Below, one piece after another: positions 8,593 through 18,626 of a stretch of 64,000 nt of DNA; position 1 is the stretch's first letter, and each line of letters opens with the position of its first letter. Origin of the DNA: Eubacteriales bacterium (lineage in GTDB: Bacteria > Bacillota > Clostridia > Oscillospirales > JAAYXM01); assembly GCA_045595365.1 (NCBI GenBank), contig JAZOAI010000033.1, forward strand, positions 743 to 64,742. The letters are read 5' to 3'. Both the position numbers and the translations under genes were made by a program. The notes beneath the pieces are model-generated. The model was not told where the DNA came from and made no database searches. It saw only the letters and a program-made list of their open reading frames with translations.

Positions 8593-9651
8593 TTAGTCAA
8601 TCAAAACAAGAGGTTTTATGAGATCGCGCGGCTTCTCTTTCATAAGCATAAGTGCTGCCTCAACATTCTCAAAGCCGTGGAAAACGTGGGTCACAAGCTT
8701 TTCGGGGTGAATTCTCCCCTCCATTACAAGGCGTGCAAGCCGCTCCGAGCGAAGTCTTCCCCCCGGCATCAAGCCTCCGTTTATCGACTTATGCCCCATT
8801 CCGACACCCCATTCGACGCGCGGAATTTTAACCGATTCTCCCTCGCCGAGGTAATTTACGTTACCAATTTTTCCGCCGGGCTTTAGCATACGGATTGCAT
8901 CTGCAAAGGTGTCGTTGTCGCCACCCGCGATGATTACCTTATCAACGCCTTCTCCGTTTGTTTTATTGAGAATCTGGTCAGCAATATTGCCCTCGCGGTA
9001 ATTTATTATTTCAGACGCACCAAATTCAAGGGCGAGATCACAGCACTTCTCGCGTGAGCCGACGGCATAAATTTTACCTGCGCCTGAAATCGCCGCACCT
9101 GCAACCGACATAAGCCCGACAGGGCCGATTCCGATGACGGCAACATTATCGCCAAACGAAATATCGGCAAGTTCTGCTCCGTGAAGCCCCGTCGGCACCA
9201 TATCACTTAGCATACACGCTGCCGCAAGCTCCATTTTCTCCGGCAGATGCGCAAGGTTTGCATCTGCTTCGTTCACGTGGAAGAACTCGGCAAAAACGCC
9301 GTCTTTGAAGTTTGAAAATTTCCAGCCCGCAAGCATACCGCCGGAATGCATTGCATATCCGCCCTGGGCAGCAACATCTCCCCAATCAGGGGTTATCGCC
9401 GAAATAATTACGCGGTCACCGGGCTTGAAATCGCGGACAAGAGAGCCAACCTCAACGACCTCGCCGACAGCCTCGTGCCCAAGCACCATATTTTCTCTCT
9501 CGCCGATTGCACCCGCCCAAACCGTGTGTATGTCTGATGTGCAAGGCGCAAGCGCCAGAGGCCTGCAAATTGCATCAAGCGGCCCGCATTTCGGTTTTTC
9601 CTTTTCTATCCATCCGGTCTTACCTATTTTGAGCATTGCATAACACTTCAT
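8593..9651 (-). CDS. adh: NADP-dependent zinc alcohol dehydrogenase (secondary-alcohol/isopropanol dehydrogenase type)
   Basis: MKCYAML..GWIEKEKP..DAICRPLALAPCTSDIHTVWAGAIG..NMVLGHEAVGEVVEVGS.V.DFKPGDRVI closely follows the Thermoanaerobacter/Clostridium beijerinckii secondary ADH N-terminus. AAGGAG RBS. Confidence 0.85.
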   Translation of the reverse strand: MKCYAMLKIGKTGWIEKEKPKCGPLDAICRPLALAPCTSDIHTVWAGAIGERENMVLGHEAVGEVVEVGSLVRDFKPGDRVIISAITPDWGDVAAQGGYAMHSGGMLAGWKFSNFKDGVFAEFFHVNEADANLAHLPEKMELAAACMLSDMVPTGLHGAELADISFGDNVAVIGIGPVGLMSVAGAAISGAGKIYAVGSREKCCDLALEFGASEIINYREGNIADQILNKTNGEGVDKVIIAGGDNDTFADAIRMLKPGGKIGNVNYLGEGESVKIPRVEWGVGMGHKSINGGLMPGGRLRSERLARLVMEGRIHPEKLVTHVFHGFENVEAALMLMKEKPRDLIKPLVLID

Positions 9652-9712
9652 AACAAAACTCCTTTTCTTTTTTCAGGTTTATTTTTGCCAATGAAGTGAA
9701 TTTTATGCGATT

Positions 9713-10423
9713 TTATAACGTTTCTATGTGCTTGATCATATCGGAAAATGTCCCGCTCGGGCAGGTCATTTCCTTTTTCTTGCGGTTTATTATGTAGTCA
9801 GTGACGATATACTGCGAAGAGATTCCCGCAAACTTTGAAGCTTCGAGGTCCTCGTCAACGTCATTCCCTATCATAATGCACCGCTCACCTGACAGGTCAA
9901 AGCGTTTTAAAATATCGCGGTAGTATTCGGGGTTAGGCTTGCAGAAGGATGAGTTTGAATAGTCCGTCACGTGGTCGAACATATCTCCCGAAAGGCCTGT
10001 CCACGACATTCTCATCTCCGTTGCAACCCTCGGAAATAGCGGGTTTGATGCGAGAATAACATACTTTGCCTTTTTTCGCGCGGCGGCAACTGCCTCTTTC
10101 GCAAGGACTGTCGGCTTTGTTATATCAATAACCGACATAAACTCATTTTTATAAAACCCATCAAATCTCGGTATATCTCCCGAGCAGTCGCGCCCGATGA
10201 TTCCTGAAAATGTTTTCCAGAAGACATTTTCATTTTTGTCACTTCCGTCGTTTTTTACCATGCTCGCAACTCCTGCCCAAAGCGCAGAGGTCAGCTTGTC
10301 AGGTGAAGAATATCCCCACCCTGCCGCAGTTTTTGCAAGGAGCGAGAGATAAACCTTTGTGAACTCATCGTTATCCATGGGGAGAAGAGTTCCGTCTAAA
10401 TCAAAAAGTATAGCGTCAAGCAT
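9713..10423 (-). CDS. HAD-superfamily hydrolase
   Basis: MLDAILFDLDGTLLPM (HAD motif I) and GNDVDEDL (motif IV). Start moved to the ATG at 10423, which has an AAAGGAGAA RBS. The longer track ORF overlaps the upstream gene. Confidence 0.7.
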   Translation of the reverse strand: MLDAILFDLDGTLLPMDNDEFTKVYLSLLAKTAAGWGYSSPDKLTSALWAGVASMVKNDGSDKNENVFWKTFSGIIGRDCSGDIPRFDGFYKNEFMSVIDITKPTVLAKEAVAAARKKAKYVILASNPLFPRVATEMRMSWTGLSGDMFDHVTDYSNSSFCKPNPEYYRDILKRFDLSGERCIMIGNDVDEDLEASKFAGISSQYIVTDYIINRKKKEMTCPSGTFSDMIKHIETL

Positions 10424-10425
10424 TT

Positions 10426-10962
10426 TTATTCTCCTTTTTCTTTTGCATACTCGCAAAGCTCGGATATGGCTTTGCGATCCGTGAAATCCCCGCTTGTTTC
10501 GCACAAATCAACAAGCAGCTTTTCAAGCTCCGTCGGATTTTCTTTTGTGGACATAATTTTCTTAAGCATTTTAAGCGCAGCTTTATGCGGTGCGGAGAGC
10601 TCGTCAATTATCATCTTTCCGAGGAAATTATATACCTTGATTTTCGAAAGCATCTCGCCCTTAAAGTTCTTCTCAAGCACAAGCGTGTCATAATAATCGC
10701 GGCACTCGAGCGGGGTTATCCCGGTTGAAAAGACTATTAGCTTCTTTCCTGCAAGCTTATCAAAGTTTTTGGTAATAAGCGTTACTCCCGCAATCACCTC
10801 GGCATACAACCCACCGCCGTATATTATAGTGTCATATGCTGCAAGGTCAGATACCTTTACACTCTTTGCGTCATATGCACGGCAGCCGAGTTCTTCCGCT
10901 ATCCATTCAGCATACTGCTTTGTCGAGCCGTATTTGCTCTTATATATAACTATTGCATTCAT
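10426..10962 (-). CDS. Flavodoxin-domain protein
   Basis: MNAIVIYKSKYGSTKQYAEWIA...IIYGGGLYA is a flavodoxin-like fold signature. TAGGAG lies 9 nt upstream of the ATG at 10962. Confidence 0.6.
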   Translation of the reverse strand: MNAIVIYKSKYGSTKQYAEWIAEELGCRAYDAKSVKVSDLAAYDTIIYGGGLYAEVIAGVTLITKNFDKLAGKKLIVFSTGITPLECRDYYDTLVLEKNFKGEMLSKIKVYNFLGKMIIDELSAPHKAALKMLKKIMSTKENPTELEKLLVDLCETSGDFTDRKAISELCEYAKEKGE

Positions 10963-10974
10963 AAAAAACATCTC

Positions 10975-11901
10975 CTAAAAAATCTCCGGCAACATCTTAA
11001 GCGCCGCCATAAATTCGCCGAGTGTTCCCGCTTTTTTAATAAGTTTTGCCACCTTTGTCTCGTTCGGAAAATTCCTTATCGCGTATATCCAAACCTCTTT
11101 TAACTTATGCAGAGTGAAAACCTCAGAGCCGAGAACCTTTTTGTACCTCTCTGCGAGAAGTTCGGAAAACGCACAAAGCTCCTCCGTGCGAAGCTTCTCT
11201 CCTCCGCGAATTTCGCGGAAGATTGCGGGGTTTGCAACCGCGCCGCGACCTATCATAATAGAATCGAGCTTATCAAACTTTCCTGTTATTTTTAAAAAAT
11301 CTTCGGTGGTGCAGATGTCGCCGTTATAACATAATTTATTCTTTGATACATCATATGCTTTTTCAAACGCAGAAATGTCACAGCTTCCGTTATATAGCTG
11401 CTCACGCGTGCGCGGGTGAATGGTGAGACACGATATTGGATACTTATTATATATCTCCATAAGGTGAGAAAACTCATCAGGCGATGAAAACCCTATGCGC
11501 GTCTTTACAGATATTTTCATATCGCTTTTTGAGAATATCTCATAAAGAAAGCTATCTATCGCATCGGGGGCTTTGAGAAAACCTGCTCCCCTGCCCTTTC
11601 TCACAACCGTAGCCGCGGGGCAGCCGATGTTTATATTCACCTCGTCATACGAAAGCGGGCGGAGTTTATCGCAGAACTTTAAGAATGACTCTGCATTTGA
11701 GGTAAGCACCTGAACGCACAAGGGAGTGTTCTCGTTTTTGTCCGACGCAATATCCCGGAATCCCTTTTTGCTCACCTTTTCATTGTCACTCGGGTTTATA
11801 AAAGGGGCAAAGTATGTATCCGCGCCTCCGAACATTTCTTTATGCGCATTCCGGAATGTATAAGTAGTTATCCCCTCAAGCGGGGCAAAAAAGAGCTTCA
11901 T
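10975..11901 (-). CDS. dus: tRNA-dihydrouridine synthase
   Basis: APLEGITTYTFRN, NINIGCPAATVVRKGRGAGFL and TIHPRTREQ motifs of the Dus family. Confidence 0.8.
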   Translation of the reverse strand: MKLFFAPLEGITTYTFRNAHKEMFGGADTYFAPFINPSDNEKVSKKGFRDIASDKNENTPLCVQVLTSNAESFLKFCDKLRPLSYDEVNINIGCPAATVVRKGRGAGFLKAPDAIDSFLYEIFSKSDMKISVKTRIGFSSPDEFSHLMEIYNKYPISCLTIHPRTREQLYNGSCDISAFEKAYDVSKNKLCYNGDICTTEDFLKITGKFDKLDSIMIGRGAVANPAIFREIRGGEKLRTEELCAFSELLAERYKKVLGSEVFTLHKLKEVWIYAIRNFPNETKVAKLIKKAGTLGEFMAALKMLPEIF

Positions 11902-13128
11902 TTACACTTTTCCCTCAATCGAAATCTTTTCTTTAGTCTTAATTGTCGCGGCATACGCACTATTGAACAGCCCGAGAACGGCCGAAGCAATAAAGAGGAG
12001 CTCGATTCCCAGAGCGTGCCATATCCAGCCGCCGAACAGCGCTATGAATATTGTTATAACGTGGTTTATTGATACGCCGGTTGAAATCGTCGCCTTTACC
12101 TCCTCGTCATTATCCGAAAGGTCTTTTACATATAAGTTTGACGCCATTGATGCGAGCGAAATAATCGCATCGAGAATATAGTTTACGCAACAAACGATAG
12201 ACGCGATATTTCGCGGGAATATATGGTGTGCAAAGCCGTAGAGCAGGCATACCGCAACGAGGATTATAGTATCCGCCACCATAACCAACTTATATCCGAG
12301 CTTATCTATAATTCTCCCGATGATCGGAGATGCGAAGAAACCGGCAACTGCAGAAATTGCAAAAAGAAGGCTCACCGTTGCGGCGTTTGCGCCGTAAAAA
12401 AGAATGAGGACATACGGGCCGAAGGTTAAGAAAACCTGTTTTCTCGCGCCGTAAAACATTTCAAGCATATAATATTTTTTATATTTCTTATGAAAATAGA
12501 AGCGTTTGTTCTGCTTATCCGTTTCACTCCTGCCTTGAATCTTCAGAGTGAAGAGAACACTTACGAGCGCAAGAGCTGCCGCAAGGATAAAAAACTCGGT
12601 ATATGGCTGATTTGTTGCAAAAATCGAGAACGCAAAAACTACAACAAGATATCCGAAAAGAGTTCCTATCTGATTGACGGCATTCTGCGCGCCGAGTGCC
12701 GAGCCACCGGAGCCGGGGGCCGCATATTTGAGTGAGAGCGTGCTTTTCATTCCTATCTGAATGTGTTCACCGACGGAATACATACAGATTGCAAGCGTTG
12801 TGAGGACCTTTGTTGCCGGGAGAGAAGCGTGCATCACCATACCGACAAGCATAACTATCGCGCCTGCCTTATAAAGCGTTTCAGCCGAAAGCATATAAAA
12901 CGCCGCAAGAATAAACACAAGCAGAATTCCGGGAAGCTCACGGAAAAATTCAGTAACCCCGCGGTCCATCTCTCCCATACCTACAACCTCTGCAAGGAAG
13001 TTGTCAAGCATCCCTTTATAAATCCCGTAGGAAATTCCGGTTATCAAAACGGACAGGAGAAAGAACTTAAACCCCGTTCCCTCCTCAAAAACTCCTTTTA
13101 TCTTAACAAGTGAATCTGACTTTTTCAT
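11902..13128 (-). CDS. MFS transporter
   Basis: A 408-aa protein with about 12 predicted TM segments. Its stop abuts the dus start (TAAATG). Confidence 0.65.
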   Translation of the reverse strand: MKKSDSLVKIKGVFEEGTGFKFFLLSVLITGISYGIYKGMLDNFLAEVVGMGEMDRGVTEFFRELPGILLVFILAAFYMLSAETLYKAGAIVMLVGMVMHASLPATKVLTTLAICMYSVGEHIQIGMKSTLSLKYAAPGSGGSALGAQNAVNQIGTLFGYLVVVFAFSIFATNQPYTEFFILAAALALVSVLFTLKIQGRSETDKQNKRFYFHKKYKKYYMLEMFYGARKQVFLTFGPYVLILFYGANAATVSLLFAISAVAGFFASPIIGRIIDKLGYKLVMVADTIILVAVCLLYGFAHHIFPRNIASIVCCVNYILDAIISLASMASNLYVKDLSDNDEEVKATISTGVSINHVITIFIALFGGWIWHALGIELLFIASAVLGLFNSAYAATIKTKEKISIEGKV

Positions 13129-13210
13129 AGCTATCCCCCGTAATTTTTATTCTAACTAGATAATTCTATCACATTTTTGCGGTAATGAACAGATTTTTTT
13201 GAGACAAGCT

Positions 13211-13248
13211 CAAAAAATATCACAAGCAAGTTATCCTGCTTGTGATAT
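13211..13248 (-). terminator. Rho-independent terminator after the VIT gene
   Basis: A 12-bp stem ATATCACAAGCA/TGCTTGTGATAT, followed on the minus strand by TTTTTTGAG. Confidence 0.7.
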
Positions 13249-13272
13249 AATTCGTTTTATGTTATCCGGCAA

Positions 13273-14154
13273 TTAAATTTCTACTCCGAGGAAGTGCTTT
13301 GCGGCAATACCGACAAAGAAGGAAAGAACTGCAACCGAAACACTTATTGCCGTCATCTCCAAAAAGCGCGGGCGGAACTTCTGCCCCTGAGCAACGGAGA
13401 TGTAATACGTGAAACCTGCGATAATAAGAATTACTATTGCAAGCATCATTCCGAGCGCGAGCATATACTGAGAATTTTGAAGGATGAGATACGGCGCAAT
13501 CAGCAAGACGACCGTAATGAGATACGCAATTCCCGTGTATGTGCAGGACTTAAGCGCGTCACTTCTCCCCTCGCTTCTCGCCGCCAAAAACTCGCTTGAT
13601 GCCATAGAGAAGGTAGCCGATATACCAATAATAAGACCCGAGAGCGCAATTAATCTTGTGTTCTGCATCGCAAAGGTGAAACCTGCAAGAGACCCGGTAA
13701 GCTCGACGAGCGCATCGTTCATGCCAAGCACCATACTCCCGACGTACTGAAGGCTTTCCTCATCAAGCATATCAAGAAGCGCTTCTTCGTGTTCTTTCTC
13801 CTGCTTCCTTATAGCCGCGCTTTCCTCAATTTCTTTTTCAATCAGCTCATACTCGCTCTGAGCGTTTTCCTCGCCGATTTCCATAAGCTTAACGGCAAAA
13901 GTAAAGCCCAGAATTCTTGCAATCAGGCTGTATTTAAGCACCTTGAATTTGTTGGGCTTCATTTTAATGCCCGTATACTTTTCCCAGATTTCACAATGTG
14001 CCTTTTCTTCACTTGCAAGGCGGCGCAGAACCTCTTTGTTCTGCTCGCCTTTTGCAAATTGAGCTATTTTTGCATAAATTACACTTTCATTCAGCTCATT
14101 CTGCTGCATTTTCTTTATAATTTCAAATGCCTTTTTTGAAATTTCTTTTGTCAT
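13273..14154 (-). CDS. VIT1/CCC1-family iron/manganese transporter with an N-terminal ferritin-like domain
   Basis: An N-terminal rubrerythrin/ferritin-like region (ASEEKAHCEIW, EKEHEEAL) is followed by GMNDALVELTGSLAG and C-terminal TM helices typical of VIT1. Confidence 0.75.
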   Translation of the reverse strand: MTKEISKKAFEIIKKMQQNELNESVIYAKIAQFAKGEQNKEVLRRLASEEKAHCEIWEKYTGIKMKPNKFKVLKYSLIARILGFTFAVKLMEIGEENAQSEYELIEKEIEESAAIRKQEKEHEEALLDMLDEESLQYVGSMVLGMNDALVELTGSLAGFTFAMQNTRLIALSGLIIGISATFSMASSEFLAARSEGRSDALKSCTYTGIAYLITVVLLIAPYLILQNSQYMLALGMMLAIVILIIAGFTYYISVAQGQKFRPRFLEMTAISVSVAVLSFFVGIAAKHFLGVEI

Positions 14155-14166
14155 TTTTACTTTCCT

Positions 14167-16107
14167 CTATATATTTGTTTCCTTTTTCTTTGTAAGAAGC
14201 TGTATTACAACAACAGCAGCAAACAGCCCTATTCCAACGAGGTCAGTAGCAAGCCCCGGATAGATGAGAAGAAGACCACCAACAAGTGCAAGCGCGCGCT
14301 CAAGCCATGAGAGGCGGTGCATAAGGAACCCCTGGAGAGCCGATGCAACCGCAAACATTCCGAGGACTGATGTCAGGCTTATCTGGACTACCTCCCATGC
14401 AGTTGTGTCAATAAACAACATCGCGGGGTTGAGTGCGAAAATATACGGAACAATAAACGCGCCGATAGCAAGCTTTGTTGCAGTGAGTGCCGTTTTCATC
14501 GGGTTTGCCTGGGCAATCGCCGCTCCCGCATATGCCGCAAGAGCAACAGGGGGAGTGAGGTCTGCAACGATTCCGAAATAGAAGACAAAGAAATGTGCCG
14601 CAATATCCGGAACGCCCATACGGATGAGAATGGGAGCGCAGGTCGCCGCCATTATGCAGTAGTTTGCAGTTGTCGGAACGCCCATACCGAGAACTATGCA
14701 GCAAAACATTGTCAGAACAAGCGCTATAATTACCTGATTTCCGGCAAGAGCGACAATGCCGTTAATCATCATATTTGCAAGGCCTGTCATCGTGATTGCT
14801 CCCGCAATGATTCCCGCAACGCCGCAAGCCGCCGCAACAGCAATCATCCCCTGGCCGCCTGCCGCAAGAGCTTCAAAAATCCTTTTGGGGGTAATTCTGT
14901 CTTCCTTATTTATAATGCCGACGGCAATCGCAACAAGGATGGCAATTGCAGCCGCGTACTGAATTGAGTTCTTGCTTGTGCCGACGAGATAAACAAGAAT
15001 GATGAGCGGAAGAAGAAGGTATGTCTTCTTGAGAAGCGGCAAAATCCGCGGAAGTTCTTCCTTTGTAAGGCCGCGAAGCCCTTCTTTCTTTGCTTCGAGA
15101 TGAACGGATATAAACACTCCCGCAAAATACAACACTGCAGGAAGAATTGCCCTCAATGCAATATTGCTGTACGGAACACCGAGATAATCCGCCATAAGGA
15201 ATGCTGCCGCGCCCATGATAGGCGGCATTATCTGACCGCCGGTTGAAGCGGATGCCTCTGCAGCTGCGGCAAATTCAGGCTTATACCCCGATTTTTTCAT
15301 AAGCGGGATGGTGACAGATCCCGAGCCGACCGTGTTTGCAACAGACGATCCGGAGACCATACCCTCAAGCGCGCTAACGACTACCGCAACCTTAGCCGGA
15401 CCACCGGAGAAGCCACCTACGATTGCGTTACTTATCTTTATAAAGAAGTTTGCGATTCCCGTTCTTTCAAGGAACGCACCGAAGATAATGAACACAACGA
15501 TAAACTTAGAACATACGTTTATCGGAGTTGACAGGATGCCCTCTTTACCGTAGAAGAGGTAGTGTGTGGTGTAGGTTATCCTTTTCCACATACTCGGATT
15601 TGAAAGCCCCCAGAAAAGCGCATAAACAATAAATGCCCCTGCAACAATTACGATCGGGACACCTACGCTTCTTCTGCAAAGCTCACCCGTCGAAATTATT
15701 CCGAGGATTCCTATAACGATCTGATACCATTCAAATCTGCTTCCCTGCTGGATGATATCTGTTGCGTTGAATGCGAAATAGAGGAACGCCCCCACGCCGC
15801 AAATCATAAGAACAATATCATACCATGGCATAAAATTGACTTTCTGGTTACCCTTTCTGGCAGGATATACGAGATATCCTATGAGAATAATGAAAGCCAC
15901 AAAGGTTGTAAGGCGAAGCTCCTCAAGCCATGTTGCAAATAATGTTACGCATATGCAAAAAAGAGAAAAAATAACGAGAACCGCATCGACCGCGATTTTT
16001 GCTTTTCCTTCCCAGATTCTGGTGTTTGATTCGCGGTCAAACTTTTTCATTACCCCTTCAAGATCCATAGGCTCAACCGGAGTTTCCTTCTTTTTCTTAA
16101 AAAACAT
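14167..16107 (-). CDS. TRAP transporter fused permease (TAXI-type large/small subunit fusion)
   Basis: A 646-aa polytopic membrane protein immediately downstream of a TAXI solute-binding gene. Confidence 0.8.
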   Translation of the reverse strand: MFFKKKKETPVEPMDLEGVMKKFDRESNTRIWEGKAKIAVDAVLVIFSLFCICVTLFATWLEELRLTTFVAFIILIGYLVYPARKGNQKVNFMPWYDIVLMICGVGAFLYFAFNATDIIQQGSRFEWYQIVIGILGIISTGELCRRSVGVPIVIVAGAFIVYALFWGLSNPSMWKRITYTTHYLFYGKEGILSTPINVCSKFIVVFIIFGAFLERTGIANFFIKISNAIVGGFSGGPAKVAVVVSALEGMVSGSSVANTVGSGSVTIPLMKKSGYKPEFAAAAEASASTGGQIMPPIMGAAAFLMADYLGVPYSNIALRAILPAVLYFAGVFISVHLEAKKEGLRGLTKEELPRILPLLKKTYLLLPLIILVYLVGTSKNSIQYAAAIAILVAIAVGIINKEDRITPKRIFEALAAGGQGMIAVAAACGVAGIIAGAITMTGLANMMINGIVALAGNQVIIALVLTMFCCIVLGMGVPTTANYCIMAATCAPILIRMGVPDIAAHFFVFYFGIVADLTPPVALAAYAGAAIAQANPMKTALTATKLAIGAFIVPYIFALNPAMLFIDTTAWEVVQISLTSVLGMFAVASALQGFLMHRLSWLERALALVGGLLLIYPGLATDLVGIGLFAAVVVIQLLTKKKETNI

Positions 16108-16164
16108 TGCAAAGTCTCCTTAACAGTGGTCAGACACTTTTGTGCCTCTTTTTTAGCTTCTGAC

Positions 16165-16203
16165 AAAATAAAAAGAGAGACTGCGGCGAAAAGCTCGTCG
16201 CAG
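16165..16203 (-). terminator. Intra-operon hairpin plus U-tract between the TAXI binding-protein gene and the permease gene
   Basis: A 9-bp stem CTGCGGCGA/TCGTCGCAG, followed on the minus strand by TCTCTCTTTTTATTTTG. Confidence 0.5.
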
Positions 16204-16219
16204 CCTCAAATTATGTCAG

Positions 16220-17176
16220 TTATTCAACGGCTACTGTTACGCCCTTTTCAGCAAAATATTTTGCAGCACCCGCATGGAACGGGACTGTCATACCGCTTGT
16301 TGCGTTCTCGATGCTGAGCTCTGCGCCCTTCTTGTTTTCTGCAGTAATTGCTTCGATGTTATCGAAGATTGCAGCTGTGAGGTTGTAAACATCTTCCTCT
16401 GTTGCGTTAGCATCAACGATGAGAGTTGCCTTAACTGTAACTGTTGTTACGTCCTCTGTCTGGCCGTTGTAGGTGCCTGCCGGAATCTGATATGTTGTGT
16501 AGAACGGGCAGTCAGCCATGAGCTTCTCTGCGATCTCGCCGTCAATCGGAACAAGATATGCATCGTTTGTTGTTGTAAGCTCTGTGATAGCAGGTGTCGG
16601 AGCGCCCGCTACAATGAATGCTGCGTCAATCTTCTTATCCTTAAGAGCATCTGCACTGTCAGCAAATGACTGATACTGTGCCTTGATGTCATCCTCTGTA
16701 AGCCCTGCAGCTGTAAGAACGTCAATCGCGTTGAAGTAAACGCCCGAGCCGGGAGCGCCAATTGAGACACTCTTGCCTCTAAGGTCAGAAACGCTCTTGA
16801 TAGAAGGATCCATTGTTACGAGCTGGACTGACTCTGCATAGAGACCTGCAACTGTTCTGAAGGAGGAAATCTTGCCTTCCTCTTCAAAGGAGCGTGTTCC
16901 CTCAGCTGCATAAGCCATAACGTCAGACTGGACTGTGCCGAGCTGATAGTTTCCAGCGTCAATTCCCTGGATGTTAGCCTTGGAACCGTCAGTTGAAACT
17001 ACTGTTACGTTGATGCCTGCGTTGTTCTTGATGTACTGGCCGAGAACGCCGCCGTAACCGTAATATGTACCTGATGTACCGCCTGTACCCATTGTCATAG
17101 ATGTTCCGTTTCCTGCGCAAGCGCAAAGTGCAAAGACCATTACTGCTGCGAGGAGAAGAGCTAATGCTTTCTTCAT
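16220..17176 (-). CDS. TAXI-family TRAP transporter solute-binding lipoprotein
   Basis: Signal/lipobox MKKALALLLAAVMVFALCAC. The body (GTGGTSGTYY..G, GSGVYFNA, FHAGAAKYF) is typical of the TAXI/Imm-like family. Confidence 0.8.
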   Translation of the reverse strand: MKKALALLLAAVMVFALCACAGNGTSMTMGTGGTSGTYYGYGGVLGQYIKNNAGINVTVVSTDGSKANIQGIDAGNYQLGTVQSDVMAYAAEGTRSFEEEGKISSFRTVAGLYAESVQLVTMDPSIKSVSDLRGKSVSIGAPGSGVYFNAIDVLTAAGLTEDDIKAQYQSFADSADALKDKKIDAAFIVAGAPTPAITELTTTNDAYLVPIDGEIAEKLMADCPFYTTYQIPAGTYNGQTEDVTTVTVKATLIVDANATEEDVYNLTAAIFDNIEAITAENKKGAELSIENATSGMTVPFHAGAAKYFAEKGVTVAVE

Positions 17177-17214
17177 AAATAATACCTCCGTTTTAATATT
17201 AATTTTATTTATAT

Positions 17215-17243
17215 ATAATACTACATTATTCCAATATTTGCAA
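17215..17243 (-). promoter_or_regulatory. Sigma-A type promoter for the TAXI-TRAP operon
   Basis: Minus strand reads TTGCAA, 17 nt, then TATTAT, about 40 nt upstream of the start codon. Confidence 0.4.
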
Positions 17244-17276
17244 GCCTTTTCCTTTAATTATTATCGAAAAGTGGAT

Positions 17277-18626
17277 TTATATCGCAGCACAAGCCTTCCC
17301 TTTCAAAGCACAGACCACTTCACAGTGCTTTGTTCTCGGGAACATATCGACGGGTTGGGCGGAGATTGCCTCAAAGCTTCCGTCTTCACAGAGAAGCTTT
17401 AAATCCCGCGCAAGGGTTGCGGGGTCACACGAGACATACACAAGCGTTTTCGGAGCCATCTCCTTTATCGCTGAGATTACATCCGGTGAAAGTCCTTTTC
17501 GGGGAGGGTCAACGACTATTACATCAGGCCTCTCTCCGCGCTCTGCAAGCCTTTTTGCCGCTTCTCCCGCATCCGCGCAGAAGAACTCCGCGTTTTCAAT
17601 TCCGTTGCGCCTTGCGTTTTCCTTCGCGTTCTCTATCGCCTCGGGCACAACCTCAACCCCGATTACGTGCGCGACTTTCTTTGCAAGCACGAGAGTGATT
17701 GTTCCTATCCCGCAATATAAATCAAGCGCGCTCTCAGCTTTGCCGGACAGCGCGAGATTCACTGCAGTTTCATAAAGCTTTTCCGTCTGCGCGTGGTTGA
17801 CCTGATAAAAAGCCGCCGGGGAAATCAGGAATGTATTCCCGCAAAGCGTGTCCGAAAGCTCTCGCTCTCCCCAGAGGCTTATATATTCATCAGAAAGAAT
17901 TACGTTTGTGTTCTTTCTGTTGATATTGAGCATTATCCCGCAGACTGAAGGGCAGGCAGCGCGCACCGCGTGGACAAGCTCGTCTGTATGGTCAGGCTTC
18001 TTTGTCACCACCAGGCACAGGAGTGCGCCCCCGTCGCCGTTTCTGACGTAAACGTGCCGCAAAACGCCCTTCCCGCTCTTTTCGTCATAAGAGGGTATCC
18101 CGAATTTCTTCTGCCAGGAATGAACCGCCGCGCGGAGGCTATCGGCAACCTCGCTTTGGATAAGACACACGCTCGACGGAACAATATCGTGGCTTCGCGT
18201 TCTGTAAAACCCGCTCTCGCATCCGTTCCCTGCGGGGAACTGCGCTTTGTTGCGGTATCTGTGTATGTTATCCGCCCCGATTATCGGCAAAATGGGAATA
18301 TCAAGCCCTGCAATCCTTGAGATTGCAGAAGCTACGCGCTCTTCTTTAAGCCGAAGCTCCTCTTCATAGGACATATGCCACAGAGAACACCCCCCACACT
18401 TCGGGTAATACTCACACTCGCTCTCTACCCGATGGGGAGATTTTTCTATAACATTCATAAGCTTTGCATAAGCAAAGCTTTTTTCAACCTTCAAAATTTT
18501 TATTTCACACGTCTCTCCCCGCAGGGCAAGCGGAACGAAAACTGCCATTCCGTCAATCCTTGCAATCCCCGCGCCCTCGGAGCTGTAGCCTTCTATTTCT
18601 ACCGTATAAACATTTCCTTTTATCAT
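17277..18626 (-). CDS. rlmD: 23S rRNA (uracil-5-)-methyltransferase, RumA/RlmD family
   Basis: An N-terminal TRAM-like segment, a Cys cluster (CEYYPKCGGCSLWH), the SAM motif LDLYCGIGTI, and VDPPRKG. Confidence 0.8.
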   Translation of the reverse strand: MIKGNVYTVEIEGYSSEGAGIARIDGMAVFVPLALRGETCEIKILKVEKSFAYAKLMNVIEKSPHRVESECEYYPKCGGCSLWHMSYEEELRLKEERVASAISRIAGLDIPILPIIGADNIHRYRNKAQFPAGNGCESGFYRTRSHDIVPSSVCLIQSEVADSLRAAVHSWQKKFGIPSYDEKSGKGVLRHVYVRNGDGGALLCLVVTKKPDHTDELVHAVRAACPSVCGIMLNINRKNTNVILSDEYISLWGERELSDTLCGNTFLISPAAFYQVNHAQTEKLYETAVNLALSGKAESALDLYCGIGTITLVLAKKVAHVIGVEVVPEAIENAKENARRNGIENAEFFCADAGEAAKRLAERGERPDVIVVDPPRKGLSPDVISAIKEMAPKTLVYVSCDPATLARDLKLLCEDGSFEAISAQPVDMFPRTKHCEVVCALKGKACAAI

